From positions 1 through 43,374 of the IMG/VR virus record IMGVR_UViG_3300043173_000426: a DNA stretch of 43,374 nt; one strand, written 5' to 3'. Both the position numbers and the translations under genes were made by a program. Shown one piece after another: positions 18,026 to 27,411 of the stretch (position 1 is the stretch's first letter; each line of letters opens with the position of its first letter). The stretch is from a virus. Taxonomy: Duplodnaviria > Caudoviricetes. A model generated the notes under the pieces. It made no database searches, was not told where the DNA came from, and worked only from the letters and a program-made list of their open reading frames with translations.

Positions 18026-19575
18026 CAGCTCGCCTTGAGCTCCATGCCCACAATCACCCGCTTCACGGGATCGGTGACGGTGAGCTCGTACACGCGGTCC
18101 CGTGCCCGGCCAAGAGATCGCCAGATGGCCCGGGCGCGCCGTTGGCCGATCTTGCCGATGCTCCGCCAGTATTCATTGCTCCAGGTGCCGCCGCCGTCAT
18201 TCGACCAACGCAGCATCGCCTGGGGGTCGGAGCCCTGGCCGTTGGCGAGGCCGACGCCGGCCTCGAACACGACTTGCAGCGAAGCGTGCCCGATGATCCG
18301 CTCCGAGTCATGGATATGATAGCCGCGCGCTTTCAGGTGGATCTCCTCACCAGCATCGTCGAACAAGCCGGCGGCCTGCTCCCACAGATTGCCGGCGGTG
18401 TAGTCGCTGACCAGGTGCTTGTTGAGAAAATAGATATGGTGCTGGGGGACGAAGCGTGCGCCGGCGCCGGTCTTGAGCTCGTGCCATTCCTTCTCACGCA
18501 CATCGTAGGCGAACGCCTGCTTGCCCGTGGGGAAACTCAGCACATAGAACTCACGGCCCCGGTCCACCATCACCCAGGCGATGGCATCGGTGGAGAGCGA
18601 GTAGCCGGCAATGGCCTCCTCGATGGCCTCATTGCTGATGCGAACGGGTTGATAGTTGACGAAGCTGATCACCTGGATGGCGCCGTGATCGTCGACGGCA
18701 AGGCATACCAGCGTGTCGGCGTAACGCGAGACACTCCACGGCGCGTGAACGCCCCACTGGATCTTGGCGCCCTGGAGACGCTCGAACGTGAAATCGGCCT
18801 GTCCGGTGTTTTGCCACACTTCGGTCGAGCGGTCCCCGAACAGCCAGAGCTCCCCGTGGTCGGCGACGACATTGCGCAGCTTGTCCGGGTCGGACTCGGC
18901 GCTGGCGAAATCGAGAGCGTTCCAGGAGGCGCCGTCTTTGAGCGAGCTCACATACCACTGATCGGTGCCCTCATCGTTGACGATGAAAAAGCCGTCGAGG
19001 TAGGTGACATGGGTCGGGCGCGCGGGGAAGTCCGGGTCGGTAATGCGGGCGAGCTCGCCGCCTTCGATGATGGCGACGACGGCCGGGGCCGCCAGTGTGA
19101 TGGTGAGCTCGAGCGCCGGCACGTCGACGGTGGTTGACGTCATTACCGACGGGGTTTGCAGGGCCAGGGGCAGGAGCAGGAGCGGCGTCTCGAGGGTGAT
19201 GGCGCCGAGCTCCACGCCGGGAAAAATATAGCCGTTGCTGCCATCGACGATCATGAGCTGGGTGCCGTTGTCGTCCATCGACACAAAGCCGGACTCGCTC
19301 AACAGCAAGCCGGCAACGAAGCTCACACCGTCCGGGCGGATAACCTCGAGTCTGTCCTGGAACACGGCATAGGCGCGGTTCCCGAACTGGTGAACGCCGC
19401 GGGCCGGGAGCTCGCCCCAGTTGCCGAACGGTTTGAGTCCGGGGCGACCGTAGATGGCTCGGACGCTCTTGGCATTGCGGTTGGTCGCCGTCTCAATGTA
19501 GCAATTCACCAGCGTCTCGGTGTCGACGGCGAATGACTTGCCTTGCTTGAAGCCGGCGGCAAACGGCAGGAGCAT
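18025..19575 (-). CDS. P22 gp10-like tail nozzle / packaged DNA stabilization protein
   Basis: VSMDDNGTQLMIVDG, YLDGFFI, DFASAESDPD, LRWSNDGGGTWS and WRSLG motifs. Confidence 0.9.
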   Translation of the reverse strand: MLLPFAAGFKQGKSFAVDTETLVNCYIETATNRNAKSVRAIYGRPGLKPFGNWGELPARGVHQFGNRAYAVFQDRLEVIRPDGVSFVAGLLLSESGFVSMDDNGTQLMIVDGSNGYIFPGVELGAITLETPLLLLPLALQTPSVMTSTTVDVPALELTITLAAPAVVAIIEGGELARITDPDFPARPTHVTYLDGFFIVNDEGTDQWYVSSLKDGASWNALDFASAESDPDKLRNVVADHGELWLFGDRSTEVWQNTGQADFTFERLQGAKIQWGVHAPWSVSRYADTLVCLAVDDHGAIQVISFVNYQPVRISNEAIEEAIAGYSLSTDAIAWVMVDRGREFYVLSFPTGKQAFAYDVREKEWHELKTGAGARFVPQHHIYFLNKHLVSDYTAGNLWEQAAGLFDDAGEEIHLKARGYHIHDSERIIGHASLQVVFEAGVGLANGQGSDPQAMLRWSNDGGGTWSNEYWRSIGKIGQRRARAIWRSLGRARDRVYELTVTDPVKRVIVGMELKAS

Positions 19576-19579
19576 GGCG

Positions 19580-19990
19580 CTACCCCTCGTTGATGTTGTA
19601 GCGACCGCGACGGCGGTTCGCCTGGAAGTCGAGCAGCGTCCGGTCGAACCTGGTATCCGGGACCACCAGGTACTCGGCGATCAGCTGGCGCTTCGCCCGG
19701 TCGGCCTGGGCGATGGTGATGGCGTCGACCACCTTCTCAGCCTCCGACGCGAGCTCGAGGGCCAGCAACAGACGCAACCCCCGGATGTGGGAATCCGGGA
19801 GCTGTATCTCAGAGTCGAGCGTGAGATCCGTGTGACCGATGTGGATACCGTCGGTCTCCCAGGAGTGAAGGAGTTCGTTCAACGTGATGAGGCCGTCGTC
19901 GGCCTCCTCCGCGGTCGCCACTTCGCCTCGAGCGACCAGGTTGATCTTGCGCATCGAGCGCGTGATCAGATCTCGCGCGATGATACTCAT
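19580..19990 (-). CDS. P22 gp4-like head-tail adaptor
   Basis: ARDLITRSMRKI...EEADDGLITLNELLHSW...LALELA, between the coat and nozzle genes. Confidence 0.8.
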   Translation of the reverse strand: MSIIARDLITRSMRKINLVARGEVATAEEADDGLITLNELLHSWETDGIHIGHTDLTLDSEIQLPDSHIRGLRLLLALELASEAEKVVDAITIAQADRAKRQLIAEYLVVPDTRFDRTLLDFQANRRRGRYNINEG

Positions 19991-19993
19991 GGG

Positions 19994-20152
19994 CTACTCG
20001 AGCTCGTCCTCGCCGTCCTGCTTCTCGGCCGCGTCCTCGCCCTGGTCGGGGTTGACGACTTTGCCGGGATCCTTGCCGACGGGATTCTGCTGTTCCTCGG
20101 TGCCGGAAACGGCGTGGCTCGTATCCGGGACTGCCTTTGGTTTCGCTGCCAT
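19994..20152 (-). CDS. 52-aa acidic peptide (not in the ORF track)
   Basis: Translated by hand as MAAKPKAVPDTSHAVSGTEEQQNPVGKDPGKVVNPDQGEDAAEKQDGEDELE. It has an AAGAGGG RBS and stops just before the gp4-like start. Confidence 0.65.
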   Translation of the reverse strand: MAAKPKAVPDTSHAVSGTEEQQNPVGKDPGKVVNPDQGEDAAEKQDGEDELE

Positions 20153-20177
20153 CGTGCTGCCCTCTTGTCAGGTTGAG

Positions 20178-20203
20178 AAAAAACCCCGGCCCGAAGGCCG
20201 GGG
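20178..20203 (-). terminator. Intrinsic terminator after the coat gene
   Basis: Minus strand reads CCCCGGCC-TTCG-GGCCGGGG-TTTTTT. Confidence 0.9.
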
Positions 20204-20229
20204 GAAGTGGTCTCCAAGGGAGGAGGAGA

Positions 20230-21492
20230 TCAGACCGTCGTCCAGTACCTCACGGCGAGGTCCGGGTAGATGGCTTTCCATCCGTAGAGGATGTCGAGCC
20301 GGATGGCCTCGCTGTCCGTTGCGATGTCGTAGGCCCGGATCACGCGGATGCTGAGACCCTTGTGCGTGGCACGCGCTTTGAATACCGCGCCGAGCGGCAT
20401 GATGAGCGGCACCGTCACCAGGGCGAAGGCGTTGCGGTGGAATCCCAAGTGCTGGGCGTAGCTCGTCACCGTGGCACCCAGGAGCGTGATGGCCGCGTCG
20501 TCGGCAGGCGCGGCCGAGACCGTCTGGTAGGGGCCGCTCGTGATGATTGCCGGGCTGATGGTGATGGTGGCAGGGCCAGTGGAGGCACCGGAGTTGGCGT
20601 CGGCCAGTACCGTGAACTGCTGCAGATAGCCGAGATCCTGCTTCACGCCCTCCCCCGGAATCGGATTGACGGCGTTGACGCCGGCAATGGTGAACACATC
20701 ACCGGCTACAACAATCGGGGTGAGGCTGTTCGTCCACGCTTGCGTGACGATGGTCTGACTGTTGGTGGTCTTGGACGCCGCATAGGTGACGTTCTGAGCC
20801 GCACCGTCGACAGTCGGCGTGCCGGTTCCCACGCCGTTGGTGTGGGTCGCCACGTTCTGATCCATGTAGATGTCGATGTCGTCGACGATGTTGACGCGCC
20901 CACGGGTCCACGCCTCACTCACGAGCCGCTCCTGCAACAGAGCTGCCTGGCCGCCGGCCATCGAGTGGGTCATGTTGGATTTGCCGATCAGCCGACGCCG
21001 GTCCCGGTTGTTCGAGCCCGAGGGCGGGATCGCCATCTCGTCCATGCGGATGCCGAGGATCGCGAACTCAGCGAAGGTGTCGGGCTTCACGAACGAGCCG
21101 TTAGACACCGAGCTCCACACCTGGTCGTAGAGGGCGAGACCCTCCTTGTCGACCGTCTGCGCGAGGGTAATCATCGCGGGCGTGATGTAACGCTCGCTGT
21201 ACTGCTCGATGGTCATGGTGAGGTCGATGCTCGAGAACTCCCAGCCGACGTGCTTCTGGCTGGACACGGTGATCGACGTGTTGGCTTCCTCGACGTCCTG
21301 CTTGACCAGCGTGGCCCCGTCGGACGTGACGAACTTGACGGGCTTTCGGATATTGACCGACTGCCCTACTTTGACGAACTCCTCGCGGTATTCACGATGG
21401 ACCTGGTTCGCCATCTGTAGGTTGTTCTCCAACTGAAACAGCGCCTCCTGGGCGATGATGGTTGGAGTGATAAGCGCATTTGAGACTGCCAT
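20230..21492 (-). CDS. Major capsid protein (P22 coat family)
   Basis: SNALITPTIIAQEALFQLENNL, KVGQSVNIRKP, FHRNAFALVTVPL and RLDILYGWKAIYP; 420 aa, followed by a terminator. Confidence 0.93.
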   Translation of the reverse strand: MAVSNALITPTIIAQEALFQLENNLQMANQVHREYREEFVKVGQSVNIRKPVKFVTSDGATLVKQDVEEANTSITVSSQKHVGWEFSSIDLTMTIEQYSERYITPAMITLAQTVDKEGLALYDQVWSSVSNGSFVKPDTFAEFAILGIRMDEMAIPPSGSNNRDRRRLIGKSNMTHSMAGGQAALLQERLVSEAWTRGRVNIVDDIDIYMDQNVATHTNGVGTGTPTVDGAAQNVTYAASKTTNSQTIVTQAWTNSLTPIVVAGDVFTIAGVNAVNPIPGEGVKQDLGYLQQFTVLADANSGASTGPATITISPAIITSGPYQTVSAAPADDAAITLLGATVTSYAQHLGFHRNAFALVTVPLIMPLGAVFKARATHKGLSIRVIRAYDIATDSEAIRLDILYGWKAIYPDLAVRYWTTV

Positions 21493-21518
21493 GAGAAAGT
21501 GCTCCGTGGTTCATGGAA

Positions 21519-22562
21519 CTACCCTCTCGCCGCCATCTGCTTGCGTCGGATCGCGCGGTACTCCTCGGGGCTGGCATTGTCGAGATCGACCTGCCGGCCT
21601 TGAGCACCGCCGCCTTCGGTCCCGCTGATGGGTGGAGGGGCGTTCGAGACTGTCGGTGCCACGTTCGCCGCCTCACTCGCGGGGGGTTGGCTGCCATTCC
21701 CTGTCGGCTTGTTCGCCGCGACAGCCTTGACGGCTATCTTGGCGAGCTCCCGAGCCACGGCAGTCTCTCCCTTCACGGTTGCGATGCGCTTCGCTTCGTC
21801 CGGGTGTTTGCCGAGATAATACAAGGTCTCGGCGCCTTCTTCGTTCATGTCGATAAGTTGGTCGGTCATCAGCTGGTTGACCTTGAGCTTGTCGGAGTAA
21901 GCGACCTCCTCGAAATCGTTGTATTTGTCGCTCACTTCGCCCCAGCTGGCAGGGATCGGCGGCGGGGCGGTGCCGGCGCCACCCTTGTCGGGCGACTGCT
22001 CGGCAACCTGCTGGGCCGCCAGAAACTTAGCTTTGGCCTCGGCGTACTCATCCCACGATGCGAAATCGTCGGACACGGGCTCCTCGGCCGGCTCTGCCTT
22101 CGCTACCTCCTGGGCGGTGCGTTCCAGTTCGGTGATGCGATCACGCGCCTCGGCGAGCTCCTTCTGTAGCCGGGCTGTTTTCCTCGCGCGCCGACTCTTG
22201 GGGCGCTTGTCCCCATCGGTCGACTCACCGCCTTCTTCCGCAGCGCCAGCCGCCGCCTCGCTCGAGCTCCCACCATCGGCCGATGGTGGTCTCGATTCAT
22301 CGTCGTCGGCATCGCCTTCCCCGTCGTCGTCGTCACCGTCGCTCTCGTCGGGTGCGCGCTTGGATTCCTGTGGTCTCGCTTCGGGCGCCTGTAGTGCCGG
22401 TTCCTCCGTTACTACATGGCTCCGCGTATCGTATCCACGGGTCTCGCTTGCCCGCGCCACCAGCTCATCATCCTCGGTTTCGCTTGCCGAGATTTGATCG
22501 CGAGTCGGTGGCTCCGGTGGCTTCGGTTCCGTATCAGGCGTCGGGGTTGGTTCAGTTGGCAC
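21519..22562 (-). CDS. Capsid scaffolding protein
   Basis: Acidic and coiled-coil protein upstream of the coat gene, with DFASWDEYAEA, LYYLGKHPDEA and a basic C-terminal helix. Likely GTG start at 22562 after GAGGGAG. Confidence 0.8.
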   Translation of the reverse strand: MPTEPTPTPDTEPKPPEPPTRDQISASETEDDELVARASETRGYDTRSHVVTEEPALQAPEARPQESKRAPDESDGDDDDGEGDADDDESRPPSADGGSSSEAAAGAAEEGGESTDGDKRPKSRRARKTARLQKELAEARDRITELERTAQEVAKAEPAEEPVSDDFASWDEYAEAKAKFLAAQQVAEQSPDKGGAGTAPPPIPASWGEVSDKYNDFEEVAYSDKLKVNQLMTDQLIDMNEEGAETLYYLGKHPDEAKRIATVKGETAVARELAKIAVKAVAANKPTGNGSQPPASEAANVAPTVSNAPPPISGTEGGGAQGRQVDLDNASPEEYRAIRRKQMAARG

Positions 22563-22566
22563 GTCT

Positions 22567-22827
22567 TTACTCCCTCGGTGGGATTTTAGTCGAGCCGCGC
22601 CGATTGTCCACGCCCAGGGGCTTGAGCAGATGCGGGCGGCGGTCGCCGTGAGCGAACCTGGCAACGACACGGCGGCGGATTAAACGGTGACACACCTGAC
22701 AATAGGTGTCATCGGTGACGCACTGGCCGATGCCGTCGACTCCGATGGCGCGCGGGTAGCGCACCAGGCGGTGAAGCCCCAGCCGGCAGGCGAGATCGCG
22801 GTGCCGGTCGGCGGCCTGGGCAATCAC
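22567..22827 (-). CDS. Small Cys/His hypothetical protein
   Basis: The GTG overlaps the portal stop (TAGTG). CRLGLH...CQVC motif. It fills the gap between portal and scaffold. Confidence 0.5.
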   Translation of the reverse strand: MIAQAADRHRDLACRLGLHRLVRYPRAIGVDGIGQCVTDDTYCQVCHRLIRRRVVARFAHGDRRPHLLKPLGVDNRRGSTKIPPRE

Positions 22828-24923
22828 TAAGCGACGGCGCCGGTCGGCACGTTGTCGAGCGGCAATCCTTCGGCCTGGGATTCCGCTGTCTGCGCGGCAA
22901 TCATTTCGGCCACGGTCACGTTGATGAGCTCCACCAGGGCCTCGCGGTCGAGCCCGGCCTCCTTCATCAGCTCCATGAGCTTGATCTTCTCCTGGGCCTC
23001 CTTCGCTTCCGCCGTGACCACCTTGGCCTCGGCCGTGGCGAGTTCGGCCTCGGCCAGCACCGCGGCGGTCTTTTGCTCAGGCGACGGTGGCCGGGGCTCA
23101 CCCTCATCCCCGCGCTCGCCCTCGAGGAGCTCCTCGGGGATGGTGCGGCGCAGGCGCTCGGCCATCATCTTGGCGCCGGGGAAGTCGAGATTGCCGGCAA
23201 CCAGATCGCGCACCAGGGGCGCGGCGTCCGGGTCGCGCTCGAGGTAGGCGAGCACGCCGGCGACGGCGGCCTGGCGCTGGCTCGAGAAGCTGGGCCCGAC
23301 CTTGACGTTGACGCCGAAGCGCCCACCCCGGAGATCGTTGATGAGCGTCTCCTCACCAGTCTCCTCATCCGTTACCGGCGCAAAGAGCTCGAGAAAATCC
23401 TCGCTCTCGTCCTCGTGGAGCAGGCGCACCACGCGCTTGGTGTCGTAGACCCTCGGGATCATGTCGACCAGGATGCGCGCGGTATGCCGGATCCCTCGCG
23501 CCAGGTTGTCGGTATAGGTGAAGGTGTTCGTGTTGGTCGTCTGCCGAAGCTGGGCGATGGCCACGCCCGACTGCTTGGCGGTGTCGGGGTCGCCGATGGA
23601 GGCGCCGAACTGGGCGACGGTGGCCCTGATGTCGTTGTCGGCGGCGATGGTCTCCTGGACGAACGCCGGCGAGAGCTCCGGAGGGCGATCCCGCTGGGGG
23701 GCGTTGAGCCCCGGCACCGCGTTGTAGAGCAGCACCGACTTATTGCCCTGGTTCGCCTCGCCCCACTCGGTGAGATGATCCTCCACTTGCTCGGCGGCGG
23801 CGATGTAGGGAGCTTTCGGCTGCAGGGCGGCGAGCTCCGTGGTCGCGGTGCGCCAATAGTTGTAAGCCCGCTGGGCGTCCTTGGCATGGCGCACGATGCC
23901 GCGCGTCTTGATGCGCCCGGAGACGGCGAGCTCCTTGCCCGTCACCATCACCACCGGCACCCACTGGCACGGGAACTCGACCGGGCCCTCGAGGATGCGG
24001 GTGCCACCGACGCGATACCACTCGACCTTGTGGGAGCGCACGGTGCGGCGTTTGAGGATTTCAAGACCACTGTCGAGGAGCTCGTCCATGACGTTGGCCT
24101 GCCTGCCTGAATCGACCACCTTGCCGTCAGAGAATTGAACGAGCTTGCGCTCCACCGGGATGCGCCGGAAATATTCGGCCACCGCCACATGGTCGTCCGT
24201 CTGCCGAAACCAGTTCACCCAGGGCGCCAGGAACTCGTTGTTGAGATCGCCGGCTGGGAACATGCCCGGGTAGCGTAGATCGAACTCCTTGCGCTCCATC
24301 CAATCCATGAGGAACGCCCAGTTCATGTCACTTCGGTCGGCCTTGTGCGCGCTCGGGTCCGGGACGACGAGGGTCGGATCCAGGAGGCGTTCGATACCGA
24401 TGGCCTGCTCGAACATATCGTCGTCGACGTATTCGGTACGCACGACCCAGTACCCCAACCCGCCGGCGTAGACGGTCTCGAGCGCGGTGTCGTAGGCGTC
24501 CTGGGCGCTGGATTGCATTTCGATGTCGCGGATGAGCGCCTCGAAGGCGTCGGCCCGGCTCATCTGCTTGCCGGCCTTGGTGGTCATGTCCTCATCGCCC
24601 ACGTTACTGGTGGCGGTGATGTTGATGCTGATCTTGTTCTGGCGACTCTCGCCGATGGCCTGGTCAACGAACGCCGGCAGCTTGTTGATGGTGAGCATCG
24701 GGCGCTCGGTGCCGCGCAAGCTCTTGGCCTCCTCGCTCCACTGGCCTTCGCCATCGAGGAACCGCACATCCTCGCGGTACTCGTTGAGGTTCGGCCGCAT
24801 GCCATCGAGGCCGATGTCGAGGCGCCGGCGGGCTTCGGCGGTGAGCTCGGTCTCGCCTTCGGTGATCGGCTGAAAGTGTGCGCCGCTCTCGAAGGTGACG
24901 ACCTCAGATTTTTCTACTGCCAT
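22827..24923 (-). CDS. Portal protein (P22-like)
   Basis: 698 aa directly after terL, with GEGQW, RPMLTINKL, GIVRHAKDAQRAYNYW and VKVGPSFSSQRQ. Confidence 0.93.
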   Translation of the reverse strand: MAVEKSEVVTFESGAHFQPITEGETELTAEARRRLDIGLDGMRPNLNEYREDVRFLDGEGQWSEEAKSLRGTERPMLTINKLPAFVDQAIGESRQNKISINITATSNVGDEDMTTKAGKQMSRADAFEALIRDIEMQSSAQDAYDTALETVYAGGLGYWVVRTEYVDDDMFEQAIGIERLLDPTLVVPDPSAHKADRSDMNWAFLMDWMERKEFDLRYPGMFPAGDLNNEFLAPWVNWFRQTDDHVAVAEYFRRIPVERKLVQFSDGKVVDSGRQANVMDELLDSGLEILKRRTVRSHKVEWYRVGGTRILEGPVEFPCQWVPVVMVTGKELAVSGRIKTRGIVRHAKDAQRAYNYWRTATTELAALQPKAPYIAAAEQVEDHLTEWGEANQGNKSVLLYNAVPGLNAPQRDRPPELSPAFVQETIAADNDIRATVAQFGASIGDPDTAKQSGVAIAQLRQTTNTNTFTYTDNLARGIRHTARILVDMIPRVYDTKRVVRLLHEDESEDFLELFAPVTDEETGEETLINDLRGGRFGVNVKVGPSFSSQRQAAVAGVLAYLERDPDAAPLVRDLVAGNLDFPGAKMMAERLRRTIPEELLEGERGDEGEPRPPSPEQKTAAVLAEAELATAEAKVVTAEAKEAQEKIKLMELMKEAGLDREALVELINVTVAEMIAAQTAESQAEGLPLDNVPTGAVA

Positions 24924-24925
24924 TG

Positions 24926-26269
24926 TCAGGTTCCCATCCAGTCGCCGGCAGCGGGGGGTGCCGTGCGTTTCTTGCGGCCCATCCGGCGCCGCAGCCAGTT
25001 AAACCGCTTTGCAAACTCACCGAACGCATCAGCGCCATCGCTCGCCCAATCGTGTTCCGGGCGATCACTCCAGGCGCGCATCTTGTCGTTCCATTTCTTG
25101 TGGTAGGTCCACAGGGCATCGAGGCCCACCTGGCAGGTTGCTTTGTGGAAGCGACACGCCGGCAGCGCCACGCGCACCGCCTCGATGGTCTCGTCCTTGC
25201 TCTGGACGCGGGGATTGACCACGAACTTGATGCCGAACTTCTTCGCGCGGGCATTCTTCGATTCGCCGACCGTCCACTCGCCGCCCTCAATGTCGTGGGG
25301 TGCAATGTGCTCCCCGTAAAGATAGCCCTTTTCCAGCGCGCGCGATTGAATGGCACGGGCGTAATGCGCCAGGCCCTCGCCCTCGGCCTGATAGTAGTCG
25401 ATGAAGTGCACCGCGTTCGAAAACGGCACCAGCTGAAAAAACCAGATTGCGGTCGAATCCCCGAAGCCGATGTCCCATGCCGTGTGCACGGGCAGCACCG
25501 TGTCGTGAGGAAAGTTGCCGATGTGGCCGGCGGCCTCGAGCTTGGCGAGCTCCTTCGCGTAGTAGGCCCCCTCCGTGGGCGCGGTGAACGAACAGTAATA
25601 TTCTTGTTCGATCATCGCCTCGCTCATGCCCTCATCGCGCTCCTCCTGGATGGCGGCGGCGTCGAGCTCGTGGGTCTCGCGGATGCTCGAGATTTCCGCG
25701 TAGTACCGCGGATTGCCTTCGGCCTGGAGGCGCGTGAACGTGTCGAACGTGGTCTTGCCGTGGTTGCGGCCGAAGGGGGTGTAAATCCAGATCGCCCAGC
25801 CGCCGTTCTCCCGCAGGATGGGGCGCAGATACGCCCAGGCCGCGGGGTTGGCGCGCTGCCATTCCGAGAAGATGATGCCGACCGGGTTGGCGCCGAGGAG
25901 GCTCTCGAAATGGTCACTCCCCACGCACTGATAGATCGAGCCGTTGACGAGCTCGATCTTCATCTCGGTTTTGTTCGCCTGGCCCTTGCGGATGCTGTGC
26001 GGGAACGCCTGGTCGATACGCCGGTGGCCACGCTTGTTGATGGAATCCCACACCACCTTGCGCGCCTGGGTGGCCGCCGGGAGCATGTGCCAATAGGTGC
26101 CGACCCGGTTAAACGACTCGTGGGCGATGAAGTTCATCGCCACATCGTCTTTCCCCCAGCGACGGTGAGCGACTTCACACGCACGTTTCCCGCGTGCACC
26201 GCCGGCCGCCATGAATTGCCAGAGCGGCAGTTGATACCACCGGGGATCCCAATCGTTGGGTATTTCCAT
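24926..26269 (-). CDS. terL: Terminase large subunit
   Basis: PRWYQ, AHRRWGKD (Walker A), IIFSE (Walker B variant), YTPFGRNH, EQEYYCSF, AWDIGFGDSTAIW and HDWASDGADAF. Confidence 0.95.
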   Translation of the reverse strand: MEIPNDWDPRWYQLPLWQFMAAGGARGKRACEVAHRRWGKDDVAMNFIAHESFNRVGTYWHMLPAATQARKVVWDSINKRGHRRIDQAFPHSIRKGQANKTEMKIELVNGSIYQCVGSDHFESLLGANPVGIIFSEWQRANPAAWAYLRPILRENGGWAIWIYTPFGRNHGKTTFDTFTRLQAEGNPRYYAEISSIRETHELDAAAIQEERDEGMSEAMIEQEYYCSFTAPTEGAYYAKELAKLEAAGHIGNFPHDTVLPVHTAWDIGFGDSTAIWFFQLVPFSNAVHFIDYYQAEGEGLAHYARAIQSRALEKGYLYGEHIAPHDIEGGEWTVGESKNARAKKFGIKFVVNPRVQSKDETIEAVRVALPACRFHKATCQVGLDALWTYHKKWNDKMRAWSDRPEHDWASDGADAFGEFAKRFNWLRRRMGRKKRTAPPAAGDWMGT

Positions 26270-26310
26270 GGGATTCCTATGGGATTCCTATGGGATTCCT
26301 ATGGGATTCT
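26268..26310. repeat. 11-bp tandem repeat ATGGGATTCCT (3 perfect copies plus 1 imperfect) between terS and terL
   Basis: Read directly at 26268, 26279, 26290 and 26301. Confidence 0.95.
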
Positions 26311-26369
26311 CCTGGGAATCCTCGAGGGTGGTGATTAAGCCTCATTTCCCGGGCTTAACCGCCCCCCCA

Positions 26370-26738
26370 TCATTTCACAATCTCCAGGTGAGGTTTGACC
26401 GCCGGCTCGTAATTTTTCAACGTCACGGTCAGCGGCGCATCCTCGGTACCGGCGATCTCCACCCGGTCACGCCAGCCGAAGCGGTTTTTCATGTTGAAGA
26501 TCCAGAAAGCCGGCGGGCCATGCGCCACCTTGCCCATCATGGCGAGGCGCCCGTAGCGCATCCACCAGGCTTCGCAGAGCTCGCGGCCGAGCTCGACGGC
26601 CTGGGCGAACGGACGGTGATACTGCTTGGACTTGGGATCACACCAGTCGTAGACCGTCTGCCGGCTTACCCGGAGATAGTGCGCGAGCTCCTTGATGCCG
26701 GCACCGTTCGCCATGTGCCTGAGCACCTGGTCGGGCAT
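26370..26738 (-). CDS. terS: Terminase small subunit (HTH)
   Basis: HTH (IKELAHYLRVSRQTVYDW), FAQAV...CEAWW and WIFNMKNRFGWRD, immediately upstream of terL. The start may lie slightly further upstream. Confidence 0.85.
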   Translation of the reverse strand: MPDQVLRHMANGAGIKELAHYLRVSRQTVYDWCDPKSKQYHRPFAQAVELGRELCEAWWMRYGRLAMMGKVAHGPPAFWIFNMKNRFGWRDRVEIAGTEDAPLTVTLKNYEPAVKPHLEIVK

Positions 26739-26764
26739 GGCGCGGTTGTAGCGTGGCCGGCGCG

Positions 26765-27067
26765 CTATAGCCCTCGCATCACACTACCCGGGAGTCTGTC
26801 CGGGTAATCCCGGTCGTACTCTCGCATGACGCCCTCCGTCACGGCGCGCGCTTGCCCTGGGCCCGCCAGGAAGCGGTGATATTTCGCTTCCGGGAACTCG
26901 AGGGTGACGGCGAATTGACCGTGAATGTCTGAGAAAACGGAGCGTGTCACGCGCGCGAGATCCTGAACTCCGTGCATCTGGAGAGCGGCCTCAATCGCGC
27001 GTTTCACAGGAATCGACGCACCCAGCGAGGAGCCGGATGGTCCTGTAACGACGTTAGAAATTTCCAC
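26765..27067 (-). CDS. Hypothetical protein
   Basis: 100-aa ORF tiling the late operon. Confidence 0.55.
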   Translation of the reverse strand: MEISNVVTGPSGSSLGASIPVKRAIEAALQMHGVQDLARVTRSVFSDIHGQFAVTLEFPEAKYHRFLAGPGQARAVTEGVMREYDRDYPDRLPGSVMRGL

Positions 27068-27362
27068 CTGGTTGTACCGTGAGCTCTACTGCCGGTTCGG
27101 TCTCGTGAGTGTGGCCCGACGTATCGAGCATTTTGCACCGGATGGCGTAACGGATCTTGGCCCCGATGGCTGGCGCGGTGATGTCGACGACGGTCTTAGT
27201 GCCCTGCACCCGGAGGTTCGAGAACGTCGGGCCGGCGGGCTCCGCAGCCCAGGCGACGGTGCAAATCCTGGCACCGCGCAGCGGCGCACGCCACTCGAGA
27301 AAGTGTTCGCGGAGCTCGTTGGAACTCATGTCGCTCCAAACTCTCGGGCGGGGGGTTGCCAT
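27054..27362 (-). CDS. Putative fibre-tail adaptor (single beta-sandwich domain)
   Basis: AGGAGG RBS. Paralogous to the N-terminus of 27412..28257. Confidence 0.6.
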   Translation of the reverse strand: MATPRPRVWSDMSSNELREHFLEWRAPLRGARICTVAWAAEPAGPTFSNLRVQGTKTVVDITAPAIGAKIRYAIRCKMLDTSGHTHETEPAVELTVQPGGNF

Positions 27363-27411
27363 TCTATCCTCCTGTGCTCTGTTGACTGTAGCCGGTTCAA
27401 TCAGACCGTGG

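Noticed and set aside
19987-20217. 76-aa track ORF after the coat gene
   Set aside because: It runs through the terminator hairpin. The 52-aa ORF 19994..20152 in another frame has an RBS and fits better.
25855-25885. Terminase Walker B reads IIFSE rather than hhhDE, suggesting possible inactivation
   Set aside because: All other ATPase and nuclease motifs are intact and the catalytic Glu is kept. It is more likely a subfamily variant.
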